A DNA stretch of 64,000 nt from Puniceicoccaceae bacterium (GTDB lineage: Bacteria > Verrucomicrobiota > Verrucomicrobiia > Opitutales > Oceanipulchritudinaceae). Positions 51,176 to 60,658 of the stretch are shown in pieces (position 1 is the stretch's first letter; every line of letters begins with the position of its first letter). The stretch covers positions 108,934 through 172,933 of the forward strand of contig JBFOMH010000009.1 of the NCBI GenBank assembly GCA_040830765.1. The letters run 5' to 3'. Under the pieces are notes generated by a model. It made no database searches and was not told the DNA's origin. It worked only from the letters and a program-made list of their open reading frames with translations. The translations under genes and the position numbers were made by a program.

Positions 51176-51181
51176 GCAGTC

Positions 51182-52084
51182 TCAAGCGGACTGACCGAAC
51201 TCAATCTCACGGTCTACGGGAATCTGGTGCCGGAACCAGTTCCTCTGCTTGCGCATGAGTTGGTTGGTGTGGATGAAAATCATTTCCGGAAGCATTTCCT
51301 CGGACAAGTTACCATCCAGAAAATCCAGGACCTCCCTGTAGCCGATAGCCCCACAGGCACTGGGATTGTGTTCGAATCCCTGTTCCTTGAGACGGCGCAC
51401 CTCGTCAACCAATCCATCCCGTAGCATCGCTTCAACCCGCTGCGCGTTGCGCTCCTGCAACTCGGACATGGACCTGTTGATTAGCCAGACCTCCTTGCTC
51501 CAATCAGCCAGTGGTTCGGGAATCGCCCGGAACTCGGCCAGAAGCTGGCCATAACTCTTTCCGGAGGCAAGGCAGCGGATAAGCGCCTTTTCAACCCGCC
51601 GGGGATTCTGGAAATCCAGGCCCTCAAAGGTCTCCCCGGCAGGGTTCTTTTCCCGGAGTGCTTTTTTCAAGCCCTCCAGACCGTCGTTCCGCCGGATCGC
51701 TTCAGCCGTCTTGATCACTTCGGGGGAAATTTCCAGCTCGTCCGTGACGGCACTAAAAAAGCTTTTCAGGTAGAAGCCACTTCCACCAACCACGACAACC
51801 GCCCTTCCCTCCTGCTTCAATTCCTGCAGGCATTTGTCGCGGTAGGAAACATAGCGGGCCACTGAATAGGGCTCGTCGGGTTCGCATAGGTCGATTCCAT
51901 AATGGAGGACCCGGGCCTGTTCCTCTACAGTAGGCTTGGCGGTTCCGATATCCATCCCCCGGTAAAAACAGAGGCTGTCGCAGCTCAGGATAACCGCGTT
52001 CCGCTGTTCGGCTTCCCGCAGGGCGAGCGATGTCTTTCCGGAAGCCGTCGGCCCGGTGATGAAAAGTAGCGTATTGGTATCCAT
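51182..52084 (-). CDS. miaA: tRNA dimethylallyltransferase
   Basis: GPTASGKT, DS...YRGMDIGTAKPT, VGGSGFY, AIGYRE, T.Q...KQ..WF. Confidence 0.96.
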   Translation of the reverse strand: MDTNTLLFITGPTASGKTSLALREAEQRNAVILSCDSLCFYRGMDIGTAKPTVEEQARVLHYGIDLCEPDEPYSVARYVSYRDKCLQELKQEGRAVVVVGGSGFYLKSFFSAVTDELEISPEVIKTAEAIRRNDGLEGLKKALREKNPAGETFEGLDFQNPRRVEKALIRCLASGKSYGQLLAEFRAIPEPLADWSKEVWLINRSMSELQERNAQRVEAMLRDGLVDEVRRLKEQGFEHNPSACGAIGYREVLDFLDGNLSEEMLPEMIFIHTNQLMRKQRNWFRHQIPVDREIEFGQSA

Positions 52085-52090
52085 CAATTC

Positions 52091-52106
52091 GTGACGAAAG
52101 TGTAAC
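52091..52106. promoter_or_regulatory. Pho-box-like direct repeat in the miaA / GT4 divergent intergenic region
   Basis: Minus strand GTTACACTTTCGTCAC: GTTAC and GTCAC half-sites with 11-nt period. Confidence 0.4.
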
Positions 52107-52197
52107 CGCAAGGACACCATTTGGAAAGAAAAGCCTGATAAAGTTTATCCCCGGATCGGGCACTGTTTCAGTCGATAGTGCCTCTTACCAAACTGAA

Positions 52198-53322
52198 GTG
52201 AAGCTTGCATTGGTAACGGAAACATTCCCCCCCGAGATCAACGGGGTCTCCATGACTTTGGGCCGGCTTGTTGACGGACTCGGACTAAAGGGGGTCAGCG
52301 TCACGGTGATTACACCCCGGCGAAGGGACCGCAATGGAAGCTCCCGAAATGGATGCATCCTGCAGGAGGTGGCTGGCATTCCCATTCCGCGTTATCCGGA
52401 ACTGCGCTTCGGCCTGCCGGCCCGCCGGTTGCTCGGGCAACAGTGGGCCGGGAATCGCCCGGATCTTGTCCATATCGCTACCGAAGGTCCCCTTGGATGG
52501 AGTGCCTTGCGCGCGGCCAGGGAGCAGACGGTCCCGGTAGTGTCCAGTTTTCACACAAATTTCCACGCCTACGGCAACCACTACGGTTTTGGCTTCATGA
52601 AGAAGGGGGTCCTCAGCTGGTTGCGTTACCTGCACAACCAGACTGAGCGGACCTTTGTCCCTTCGGACGACATTGTTGAAACACTCGGCAAGGATGGCTT
52701 CAGGAATCTCCGCCTGCTTCCCCGCGGGGTGGATACAGCCCTCTTCAATCCCCGTCGCCGGGACAACAACCTGAGGGCCAGCTGGGGAGCAACTCCTGAG
52801 ACACCTGTGGCGATCTATGTCGGCCGCCTGGCCGGGGAAAAGAACATCGGGCTGGTAATAAGATCTTGGGGGCGAATGCAGAAGGTCCTTCCCGACCTGA
52901 AGCTGGTTGTGGTTGGTGACGGCCCGGACCGAAAGCGGTTGCAGCGCAGCTGCCCGGACGCCCATTTCGCCGGCATGCAGCAAGGCGAGGAACTGGCAGC
53001 ACATTACGCCAGCGCCGACTGCTTCCCCTTTGCCAGCGTGACCGAAACCTTTGGCAACGTGGTTACGGAGGCTATGGCCAGCGGGCTGGTCGTGCTGGCC
53101 TATGACTACGCGGCCCCGGGCCGCTTCATCCAGCACCTCGAGAATGGTTTTCTTGTCCCCTTCAACGATGAAGACAGTTTTCTTGAAACCGCGATCGAAA
53201 TGGCACGGGTTCGCTACGCCTGGGCAGAGATGGGCTTTAAGGCGGTCAGGACCATGAGTCCGCACTCATGGGACTCGATCGTTACCCAATACCTCTCAGA
53301 ACTGGAATCCCTTTTCTCCTGA
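52198..53322 (+). CDS. GT4 glycosyltransferase, Agt/MgtA-like (diacylglycerol glycosyltransferase candidate)
   Basis: VTETFPPEINGV, HIATEGPLG, SFHTNF..Y, RGVD..LF.P.RR, YVGRLA.EKN, ETFGNVVTEAMASG; GTG start. Confidence 0.88.
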   Translation: MKLALVTETFPPEINGVSMTLGRLVDGLGLKGVSVTVITPRRRDRNGSSRNGCILQEVAGIPIPRYPELRFGLPARRLLGQQWAGNRPDLVHIATEGPLGWSALRAAREQTVPVVSSFHTNFHAYGNHYGFGFMKKGVLSWLRYLHNQTERTFVPSDDIVETLGKDGFRNLRLLPRGVDTALFNPRRRDNNLRASWGATPETPVAIYVGRLAGEKNIGLVIRSWGRMQKVLPDLKLVVVGDGPDRKRLQRSCPDAHFAGMQQGEELAAHYASADCFPFASVTETFGNVVTEAMASGLVVLAYDYAAPGRFIQHLENGFLVPFNDEDSFLETAIEMARVRYAWAEMGFKAVRTMSPHSWDSIVTQYLSELESLFS

Positions 53323-53339
53323 ACAACCACCTGAAAGAC

Positions 53340-54212
53340 ATGAAGATGAAACGCTCGAAGAAACCTGTTCTCTCCTTCAAGACAATCATCCTTTCGGACG
53401 TGCACCTCGGCGCTCCGGATTGCCAAATCGACAAGGTCAACCACTTCCTGAAGCACACGGACGCGGACCGGCTGATCCTCAACGGGGACATTATCGATGG
53501 ATGGTCCCTTGGCCGCAGGGGCGGATGGTCAAAGAAGCACACCCGCTTCATCCGGCTCGTCCTCAAGAAAATCGAGAAGTACAAGACGGATGTCATCTAC
53601 CTGAGGGGAAATCATGATGATATCCTCGACCGCTTCCTGCCGATGCGCTTCGGTGGATTGAAGATTGTCGACCGCTACTTCCTCGATACCTCGAATGGCC
53701 GCTATTTGATCATCCATGGGGACGCCTTTGACACTGTCACCCAGCACTCCAGATTCATTGCCATAGCTGGTGACATTGGTTACCAGACGCTGCTTAGAAT
53801 CAATCGCCTTTTCAACCGCTACCGGGCCTGGCGAGGGAAAGAGTATTATTCGCTCTCCAAGGCCATCAAGGCCAAGACCAAATCGGTGGTTAACTACATC
53901 AGCCGTTTTGAGGATCACGTGGAGGCCTTTACCAGGCGATACGGCTGCAGCGGCTTCATCTGCGGCCACATTCACACCCCGGATGACAAGTTCATTGGGG
54001 ATATCCACTATCTCAATTCTGGAGACTGGGTGGAATCAAATACCGCCTTGGTAGAGCACCATGATGGTCGGCTTGAAGTCCTGACCTACGATGACTTCTG
54101 CCAGCGCCTGGAAGCAATTACCCGTCAGGCAAAGGAGCGCCCGCATCCGCAGGTGGACTCGGCATTCGGATTGCGAATCTCAAATCCCTTGCCGCTCAAT
54201 CCGTCATCATAG
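53340..54212 (+). CDS. PlcP/LpxH2-like metallophosphoesterase (phospholipase C candidate)
   Basis: SDVHLG, GDIIDGW, GNHD, HGD.FD, CGHIH, NSGDWVES; co-oriented 17 nt after the GT4 gene. Confidence 0.85.
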   Translation: MKMKRSKKPVLSFKTIILSDVHLGAPDCQIDKVNHFLKHTDADRLILNGDIIDGWSLGRRGGWSKKHTRFIRLVLKKIEKYKTDVIYLRGNHDDILDRFLPMRFGGLKIVDRYFLDTSNGRYLIIHGDAFDTVTQHSRFIAIAGDIGYQTLLRINRLFNRYRAWRGKEYYSLSKAIKAKTKSVVNYISRFEDHVEAFTRRYGCSGFICGHIHTPDDKFIGDIHYLNSGDWVESNTALVEHHDGRLEVLTYDDFCQRLEAITRQAKERPHPQVDSAFGLRISNPLPLNPSS

Positions 54213-54442
54213 TGGATTTCCGACCCATCGAGGAGCTTGAGGCTCTTCCGGTCGACTAGATAGTCCAGATCGTCCTGGCTAAACCGTTCATCCGCCTCTC
54301 CCGGCTCGGCAAATTCCATCGCGTACTCCATGCCCGAGCATCCGCCGGACTTGATGGAAATCCTCAACATCTGGCCGGGGGAAGCGCGTTCCTCGGCTAG
54401 CTTGCGGATGGCGGCAATGGCTGAGTCGGTCAGTCGTATCAT
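54125..54442 (-). CDS. HesB/IscA-family Fe-S cluster assembly protein
   Basis: I.LT..A, GGCSGMEY, NPNA..TCGCG.SF. Confidence 0.95.
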   Translation of the reverse strand: MIRLTDSAIAAIRKLAEERASPGQMLRISIKSGGCSGMEYAMEFAEPGEADERFSQDDLDYLVDRKSLKLLDGSEIHYDDGLSGKGFEIRNPNAESTCGCGRSFA

Positions 54443-54574
54443 TACGCCGAAAGAGGTATGGCAAACCCTTCGGATGTCAATGCCACGTTACGGATTCGCC
54501 AAACTAAAGCAAAAATCGTGCACATTTGCAAAAGGACGCTTGAATCCGGCCTAAAACTGCAAGAAAACGATGGC

Positions 54575-55579
54575 GTGCGTCCGGTAAAGATATTCTCCGA
54601 CTCAATATCCTATGAGCTCTTGCGGCCGATTGCCCAAGGCGGAATGGGCTGTGTCTACGAAGCCCTTCAGGAAGGAAGCGACTCGTTCCGCAAGCGGGTG
54701 GCCATCAAGATTATCCGGCAGGAGTACTCCAGCCTGCCCCAGTTCCGGAAGAATTTCATCGGCGAGGCAACCTTGGTGGCGGACCTGATTCACGCCAACA
54801 TTGTCCAGACCTATCACCTTGGCTATGCACACAAGCAATACTATATGGTGATGGAGTATGTTCACGGGGTGAATCTTGAGCAGTTCATGCTGCAGCACCG
54901 TGCCCTGGGCAAGGCCATCCCCTGCGAACTGGCGGCCTTCGTCATCTCCCGCATCAGCCGTGCTCTCGCCTATGCCCACATTCACCGGGACCCATCCGGG
55001 AAGCCACTGGGCATCGTCCATCGGGACGTCAGCCCCAAGAACATCATGCTCTCCTATGGAGGGGACGTGAAGCTGACCGATTTCGGTATCGCGAAGGCCT
55101 TTAACCTGATGTACAGCGAGGAAGGTGAGATCATTGCCGGCCGCAGCGATTACCTCTCGCCGGAGCAGGCCCGGCTGGAAGTCACCGACCCGCGGGCGGA
55201 TCTCTTCTCCTGCGGAGTGGTGCTGGCTGAAATGCTCCTCGGCTACAATCCTTTCCTCGGGGAGAGCCCCGAAGCTTCGAGAGACAACATCTGTTCCATG
55301 GAGCTTCCGAAATGGTCCTCAGAGCGACAGGACATCGTCAAGCCGCTGGCAAAAATCCTTGGAAAGTCACTCCAGCGAGCCCGAGAAAAGCGTTACCAGA
55401 AGGCGGCCGAGCTGATGATCGAACTGGAACGGCTGCTTTATTCCAGGGGATACGGCCCGACAAACGAGAAACTGGCATCTTACCTGCGTGGCTTATACAA
55501 GGACGGGCAGGCTTACGAGGACGACTTATCCGAGCGTCCGGTGAGTATTGCCCTCAATCCGGAAGAGGCCAACGACTAG
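54575..55579 (+). CDS. Hanks-type Ser/Thr protein kinase, cytoplasmic, catalytic domain only
   Basis: AQGGMG.VY, VAIK, F..EA, HANIV, HRDVSPKNI, DFGIAK, YLSPEQ, DLFSCG. Start uncertain; GTG 54575 chosen. Confidence 0.92.
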   Translation: MRPVKIFSDSISYELLRPIAQGGMGCVYEALQEGSDSFRKRVAIKIIRQEYSSLPQFRKNFIGEATLVADLIHANIVQTYHLGYAHKQYYMVMEYVHGVNLEQFMLQHRALGKAIPCELAAFVISRISRALAYAHIHRDPSGKPLGIVHRDVSPKNIMLSYGGDVKLTDFGIAKAFNLMYSEEGEIIAGRSDYLSPEQARLEVTDPRADLFSCGVVLAEMLLGYNPFLGESPEASRDNICSMELPKWSSERQDIVKPLAKILGKSLQRAREKRYQKAAELMIELERLLYSRGYGPTNEKLASYLRGLYKDGQAYEDDLSERPVSIALNPEEAND

Positions 55580-55589
55580 GAATACAATT

Positions 55590-57092
55590 ATGCCGAGGCA
55601 AGGGTTCCAGCAAGTCCAGAAGCAGACCCAGTCGATGGTCCTGGCTCCACAGCTCAGGCAATCACTGAAGATTCTGCAGGTACCTGCCCTTGAATTGCGG
55701 TCAACCATACTTGAGGAACTGGAGGCCAACCCGGCCCTTGAGGAGTTGCCATATGACGACGTTTCCATCGAAGCCCCGGAAGGTGCGTCTGACAATGGAG
55801 ACGAGGACTACTCCGGGGACGAGCTTGCCGGGGATGAACCCGCCCGGGTGGAAGCTTCCCCCGAGTCAGCCGAACGACTGGACTTCAAGGATGAGTACAA
55901 GGTCCTGGACCGTATGGGGGACGAGTGGAAGGAATACTGGAACGAAGAGGCCGGCGAGATTTCCTATACCAGTGAGGACGCCCGTAAACGGCAGTATTTC
56001 TTTGATTCCCTGACAACCGGGCAGTCCTTCCAGGATCAGATATTGGAGCAGGCACGGTTGGTCGAGGAGGACTCGGAAGTGATCACAGCCCTGGAATTTG
56101 TCATTGGCAGTCTGGACGACAAGGGATTGCTGACCTCCTCCCCCTCCGACTTGGCCCTGATGGCGCAAATCCCGTTGATGGCCATCCAGAGGGCCGTCAA
56201 GCTGCTGCGCAGCCTGGATCCGCCGGGGATGGGCGCGGAATCCGTTCCGGAATGTCTTCTCCTCCAACTGGAGCGAAAGGGCTTGGGGAACTCACTCGCG
56301 GCGCGGATCATCAAGAAGCAGTGGGACCTCCTGTTGCGGCGTCGGATCCCGGAAATCGCCCGTGCCCTGAGGATCCGTCCTACCGAAGTGGAAGATGCCC
56401 TCGCCGAAATCGCCAAGCTGGACCCGGCTCCGGCAAGCAAGTTCATGGAGGACACCAACCGGATCATTGAAGCGGACGTAACGGTCCAACGCAATGACGA
56501 GGGGGATTGGGATATCATCCTCAACAATGACTACATTCCGCGCCTGCGGATCAATTCAACCTACAAGGAGATGCTGGCCAAGGGCGCGATAAGAGGGAAA
56601 GACCGCGAATACCTGCAGGGCATGTTCCGCAGCGGGCGCTTTCTCATCAATGCCATTGAGCAACGGCAACAGACAATTGAGCGGATCACCCGCAAGCTGC
56701 TGGAATTCCAGGCGGACTTTTTTGACAAGGGCAGTACGCACCTGAAGCCCCTGACCATGAACCAGGTTGCCCAAAGTGTGGGTGTTCACGAGACAACCGT
56801 CTCACGCGCCATTGCCAACAAGTATATCCGGACCCCGTTTGGCCTCTTTGAAATGAAGTACTTCTTCACTCCCGGTTACCAGGTTGAGGATGGACGGGAT
56901 GTCTCCAATAAATCGGTCAAGGACCGCATTGCCCGCATTATCGAAAGCGAATCTCCCCGCAAACCGTTGAGTGACCAGAAGATAGTCGGCATTCTGGAAT
57001 CCGAGGGCATCACCATTGCCCGTCGCACCGTGGCCAAGTACCGGGAGGAACTCGGCATACTTCCGACCAACTTGAGACGTTCCTATGGTTAA
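55590..57092 (+). CDS. rpoN: RNA polymerase sigma-54 factor
   Basis: Gln/Leu-rich region I, ELEANPALE, LDPPG.GA, HETTVSRA, RpoN box ARRTVAKYRE. Confidence 0.98.
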   Translation: MPRQGFQQVQKQTQSMVLAPQLRQSLKILQVPALELRSTILEELEANPALEELPYDDVSIEAPEGASDNGDEDYSGDELAGDEPARVEASPESAERLDFKDEYKVLDRMGDEWKEYWNEEAGEISYTSEDARKRQYFFDSLTTGQSFQDQILEQARLVEEDSEVITALEFVIGSLDDKGLLTSSPSDLALMAQIPLMAIQRAVKLLRSLDPPGMGAESVPECLLLQLERKGLGNSLAARIIKKQWDLLLRRRIPEIARALRIRPTEVEDALAEIAKLDPAPASKFMEDTNRIIEADVTVQRNDEGDWDIILNNDYIPRLRINSTYKEMLAKGAIRGKDREYLQGMFRSGRFLINAIEQRQQTIERITRKLLEFQADFFDKGSTHLKPLTMNQVAQSVGVHETTVSRAIANKYIRTPFGLFEMKYFFTPGYQVEDGRDVSNKSVKDRIARIIESESPRKPLSDQKIVGILESEGITIARRTVAKYREELGILPTNLRRSYG

Positions 57093-57747
57093 GGTGGGGC
57101 CAGAGGGGACCTGGCTCCTGATTGATGCTGCCGGACCCGAATCGACCATCGGCCTGGTGAGCAATGGGGAATGGCGGGCCATGGACCAGAGCGAGGGGGA
57201 TTTCCTGGAGTGGCATGAGGGTGCCGTGAAGGCCCTGCTTGAAGAGTGTGGCCTGGTCCTGGCAGACCTGTCCGGGGTCATCTATGCCAGCGGGCCCGGC
57301 TCCTCACTGGGACTCCGGTTGGCCGCGATGTTCATCCGGACCTTGCGGCAAGTTCCGGAACTGGCGCACTGGCAATGCCTGCAATACCAAAACCTTGAGC
57401 TTGCTCTGGCAACAGGGGATCCGCACCGCCGGGAGGAACTGGTTGCACCCTGGAGACGGGACTGCCTGCATTACGCACAAGTCGTAGACCGCGAACCGAT
57501 GCGCTTCCGGAAGGAGGCCCTTCACCTGGATGAGCACCAACGGCTGCCCGCCCACGGAATCCTTCTTGGTCGCCGACCGGCGAACCATGCACAAGGGATT
57601 GAATGGCATCCCTACCCGTCGCGGACCATCCCGGCTACACTTTCCACCTTTCCCGAACTGTTAACCGCTGTCGATATGCCCCTTCCCTATGTTGCGGAAG
57701 AGCCCGAATTCGCCAAGTGGTCCCCCCGGAGGCATGGTGCAGGATGA
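57085..57747 (+). CDS. TsaB/YeaZ-like t6A biosynthesis protein (divergent)
   Basis: LLID.A, L.DL.G.....GPGSSLGLR; overlaps the rpoN stop. Confidence 0.75.
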   Translation: MVKVGPEGTWLLIDAAGPESTIGLVSNGEWRAMDQSEGDFLEWHEGAVKALLEECGLVLADLSGVIYASGPGSSLGLRLAAMFIRTLRQVPELAHWQCLQYQNLELALATGDPHRREELVAPWRRDCLHYAQVVDREPMRFRKEALHLDEHQRLPAHGILLGRRPANHAQGIEWHPYPSRTIPATLSTFPELLTAVDMPLPYVAEEPEFAKWSPRRHGAG

Positions 57748-58892
57748 GCCGTTCACCGGACAAGATGCGCGCCTGGGCGTCGATCAACCTCAGTGCCCTG
57801 GAACGCAACCTGAAGGCCATACGAATGGCCCTGCCTTCGCATTTGCGCTTCATCTCGGTAGTCAAGGCCAATGCCTACGGGCATGGACTGGCTCCTGTCG
57901 TGACCCGGCTTATGCGTTCGCAGGCCGATGCCTTTGCCGTGGCCAACCTTGAGGAAGCTGCACGCTTGCGTGAGGTCGGTACCGGCTGGCCCGTGCTCGT
58001 CCTCAGCGTCCTATTGCCGGAGGAATACGAGGAGGCCATTGGGCTGGGGATCCATCCGGTGGTCTCAACAATGGAGGAAGTTCGCTCGATTGCCCGCTTG
58101 GCGAAGCAAAAGGGGACGGAAGTTGGCCTTCACCTTAAGGTTGATACCGGCATGGGCCGGTTGGGAGTCTGGTATCCCGACTTCCCCCAACTGCTCGACG
58201 AGGTCAACTCCCACGACACCGTAACACTAGCCGGGATATGCACCCATTATTCTTCCGCTGATTCCGATCCGGAATTCACCAACTTGCAACGGGATCGCTT
58301 CCTGGAGTGCCTGAAACTAGTCCCCGGCGAAACATGCCGCCAGATCCTTGTTCATGCCGACAATAGTGCCGGGATTGAGTCGTTTCCGGAAGGAGGCGGA
58401 TTTAACGCGGCAAGGATAGGGTTGTTGCAGTTTGGTGTCCGCCCAAAGCCTGGTTCGTTGCTTGGCCAGACCCTGACCGAACCGGTTTTGTCATTCCACG
58501 CCCGGGTCGGCCTGGTCAAGGATCTCCCGGCCGGAAGTCCAGTCTCCTACGGGCAAACGCACAAGCTGGTCCGGTCGTCACGGGTAGCTGTATTGACGGC
58601 TGGCTATGCCGATGGATTGCCGACCGACCTCAGCAATACCGGCAAGGTCATTATCCAGGACAAGCTCTGTCCGATTATCGGGCGGGTAACCATGGATCAG
58701 ACCATGGTCGACGTGACGGATCTTCCAACTCGCCCCGCAATCGGCGATACCGCCACCTTCATCGGTCAATCCGGTGGACTGACCATCACCGCCACGGATT
58801 TCGCCAGCTGGGCCGGCCGTATCGAATGGGAAGTATTTTGTTCCCTGTCGGACCGCACCCAAAGGATTTATCGCACCGATACCGCAGTTTGA
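57744..58892 (+). CDS. alr: Alanine racemase
   Basis: VVKANAYGHG, HLKVDTGMGRLG, VSYG, GYADG, GRVTMDQ; ATGA coupling. Confidence 0.97.
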   Translation: MSRSPDKMRAWASINLSALERNLKAIRMALPSHLRFISVVKANAYGHGLAPVVTRLMRSQADAFAVANLEEAARLREVGTGWPVLVLSVLLPEEYEEAIGLGIHPVVSTMEEVRSIARLAKQKGTEVGLHLKVDTGMGRLGVWYPDFPQLLDEVNSHDTVTLAGICTHYSSADSDPEFTNLQRDRFLECLKLVPGETCRQILVHADNSAGIESFPEGGGFNAARIGLLQFGVRPKPGSLLGQTLTEPVLSFHARVGLVKDLPAGSPVSYGQTHKLVRSSRVAVLTAGYADGLPTDLSNTGKVIIQDKLCPIIGRVTMDQTMVDVTDLPTRPAIGDTATFIGQSGGLTITATDFASWAGRIEWEVFCSLSDRTQRIYRTDTAV

Positions 58893-58949
58893 CCAAATTG
58901 AGCGTAATTTGCATTGCCTCACCTGCGGATCATCCTTTCCGATGCCCCA

Positions 58950-59405
58950 ATGGCAAAAGTAGATTTGGATCTCGTTAAGTATATTCTGCAACGCAACGAA
59001 CTGGATGTCAGGCAGGTCAACTCCATCATGGAGGACATCGAGCAGGAAATTAAAGTCCAGAAGGAAGAGAATCCCCCTGCCCCACGCATCCCCAAACAAT
59101 TCACGATCCTGATCTCGGATCCGGAGCGAACCTTGCCCAACACGGACCTGACCGGCTGGATTCTACAACTGCCGGAGGAAGATGCCCCGATGACAGTGGA
59201 AGGCCAAATCCACAAGGCCGCCTACGATTTCAACCAGACGCCGAAAGGCCGCCGCATGCCCGTAAAGACCATCGGAGAAGCCTGCGAAGCAGTTCCAGCG
59301 CGGATTTTCAAGGAGCATCAACTCTGGGTTAAGACAAAAGAGCCTGTGCTTGTCCTTCGGACAGACAACCAGATTCCGATGGATACGAGTGGTCTCGCCG
59401 ACTAG
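58950..59405 (+). CDS. Hypothetical protein, 151 aa
   Basis: Host-like codon usage, fills the gap, own TTGCAT-N16-CATCCT promoter at 58909-58936. No family recognised. Confidence 0.75.
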   Translation: MAKVDLDLVKYILQRNELDVRQVNSIMEDIEQEIKVQKEENPPAPRIPKQFTILISDPERTLPNTDLTGWILQLPEEDAPMTVEGQIHKAAYDFNQTPKGRRMPVKTIGEACEAVPARIFKEHQLWVKTKEPVLVLRTDNQIPMDTSGLAD

Positions 59406-60616
59406 TCCACGGACGCTCCGATGGCATTACCGGCAACATGAGCACTGGCCCAGGCCAGGTTGGCGTGCGGCCCTCCCGGATATCCCAGCAAGTCAATGAT
59501 CTCGCCGGCAAAGTAGAGGCCGGGACAAACCATTGACTGGCATTGAGCATCGAGCCCATCAAGGTTGACTCCCCCCGCCCACGCCCGCTCTCCGGCGGGC
59601 AGGCCCATTCCCTTGAAAAAGAGCAGATGGCCCTTCAGCAACTGGACCAGTCCCTGCAAACGACGCGCCTTGATTCGGGGCCAGGGATCCTCAGGATCGA
59701 TTCTAGCCAGACTAAGAAACGTGGCCCATTGCTTGCTGTTGAGGTCAAAGAGCGGGGTTGTGCCAATCTGGCGACGTCCACCGCTCTGCGAACGCGACTG
59801 TAATTCACTTCGAATGGTAGAACCCGAAAGATGTGGGTTCCAGTCAATCCGCAGCCTCACATTCCAACCAAGCTGTTTCCAGACGTCGCCTGCCTGGGCG
59901 CTCAAGGCGGACAAACCTGGGCCTTCCAGCCCGCGTGAAGAAAGCATGACCTCACCGGTTGCTTCCAGTCCGGTCTTTTCGCAGTGCAGGTGCACTGTTC
60001 TTTGCAGGACTCCCATCCTTTCGGCCAACTTGGGACTGGCCAGACGCAGGCGAATAAAGGCGGGTTGACTGGCGCTTGCCTCTGCACCGAGTTCGCGGGC
60101 CATCTTCATCCCATGATTCTGCTCACCACCTGTAGCCAGAAGGATGGATTTGCCTGACAACTGGATGCCTTCCCGGCTCCATATCCTGAATCCACCTCCT
60201 GGACGCCTGGAGATGGTTTCCAGAGGGTATTCTGTCATGACCTCTACTCCCCTGGACTGCAGGAGGGCTAAAAAGGCCGTCCCGAAGGCTGGCCAATCCG
60301 GTATAAGCAGCTTTCCATCATCAGTGGACTTGACCGGCAGCCCGGTTGATAAAAGCCACTCGCAAACTGTCGTTCCCGGCCAGGCGGAGAGCAGTCGATC
60401 CCCTGCTGCCCCACCCCTAACGCAGCCCATTCCCTCTTGTCCCATCGAGGTAACGGGGATGTCCCTGGAATGGGCCGGTGGAAACGCAGGCAAGAGCGAA
60501 CTCGATTTTTCCAGCAAGATGACATTGCCTTCCTGCCGCTGACCCGCGGCCCAGTAGGCCGCACTCAATCCGGCGAGGCCTCCGCCTATCACCAGTATAT
60601 TTTCAAACTCCGGCAT
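59402..60616 (-). CDS. HI0933/YhiN-like FAD-dependent oxidoreductase (divergent)
   Basis: ILVIGGGLAGLSAA...LLEK, ILLATGG, G..GP..L.LS, AGGV.L, S...PGLYFAGEIIDL.G..GG. Confidence 0.8.
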   Translation of the reverse strand: MPEFENILVIGGGLAGLSAAYWAAGQRQEGNVILLEKSSSLLPAFPPAHSRDIPVTSMGQEGMGCVRGGAAGDRLLSAWPGTTVCEWLLSTGLPVKSTDDGKLLIPDWPAFGTAFLALLQSRGVEVMTEYPLETISRRPGGGFRIWSREGIQLSGKSILLATGGEQNHGMKMARELGAEASASQPAFIRLRLASPKLAERMGVLQRTVHLHCEKTGLEATGEVMLSSRGLEGPGLSALSAQAGDVWKQLGWNVRLRIDWNPHLSGSTIRSELQSRSQSGGRRQIGTTPLFDLNSKQWATFLSLARIDPEDPWPRIKARRLQGLVQLLKGHLLFFKGMGLPAGERAWAGGVNLDGLDAQCQSMVCPGLYFAGEIIDLLGYPGGPHANLAWASAHVAGNAIGASVD

Positions 60617-60658
60617 TTACAAAAAAGCTTGTGAAGCTAGCTTGGACATTTCTGTCAT

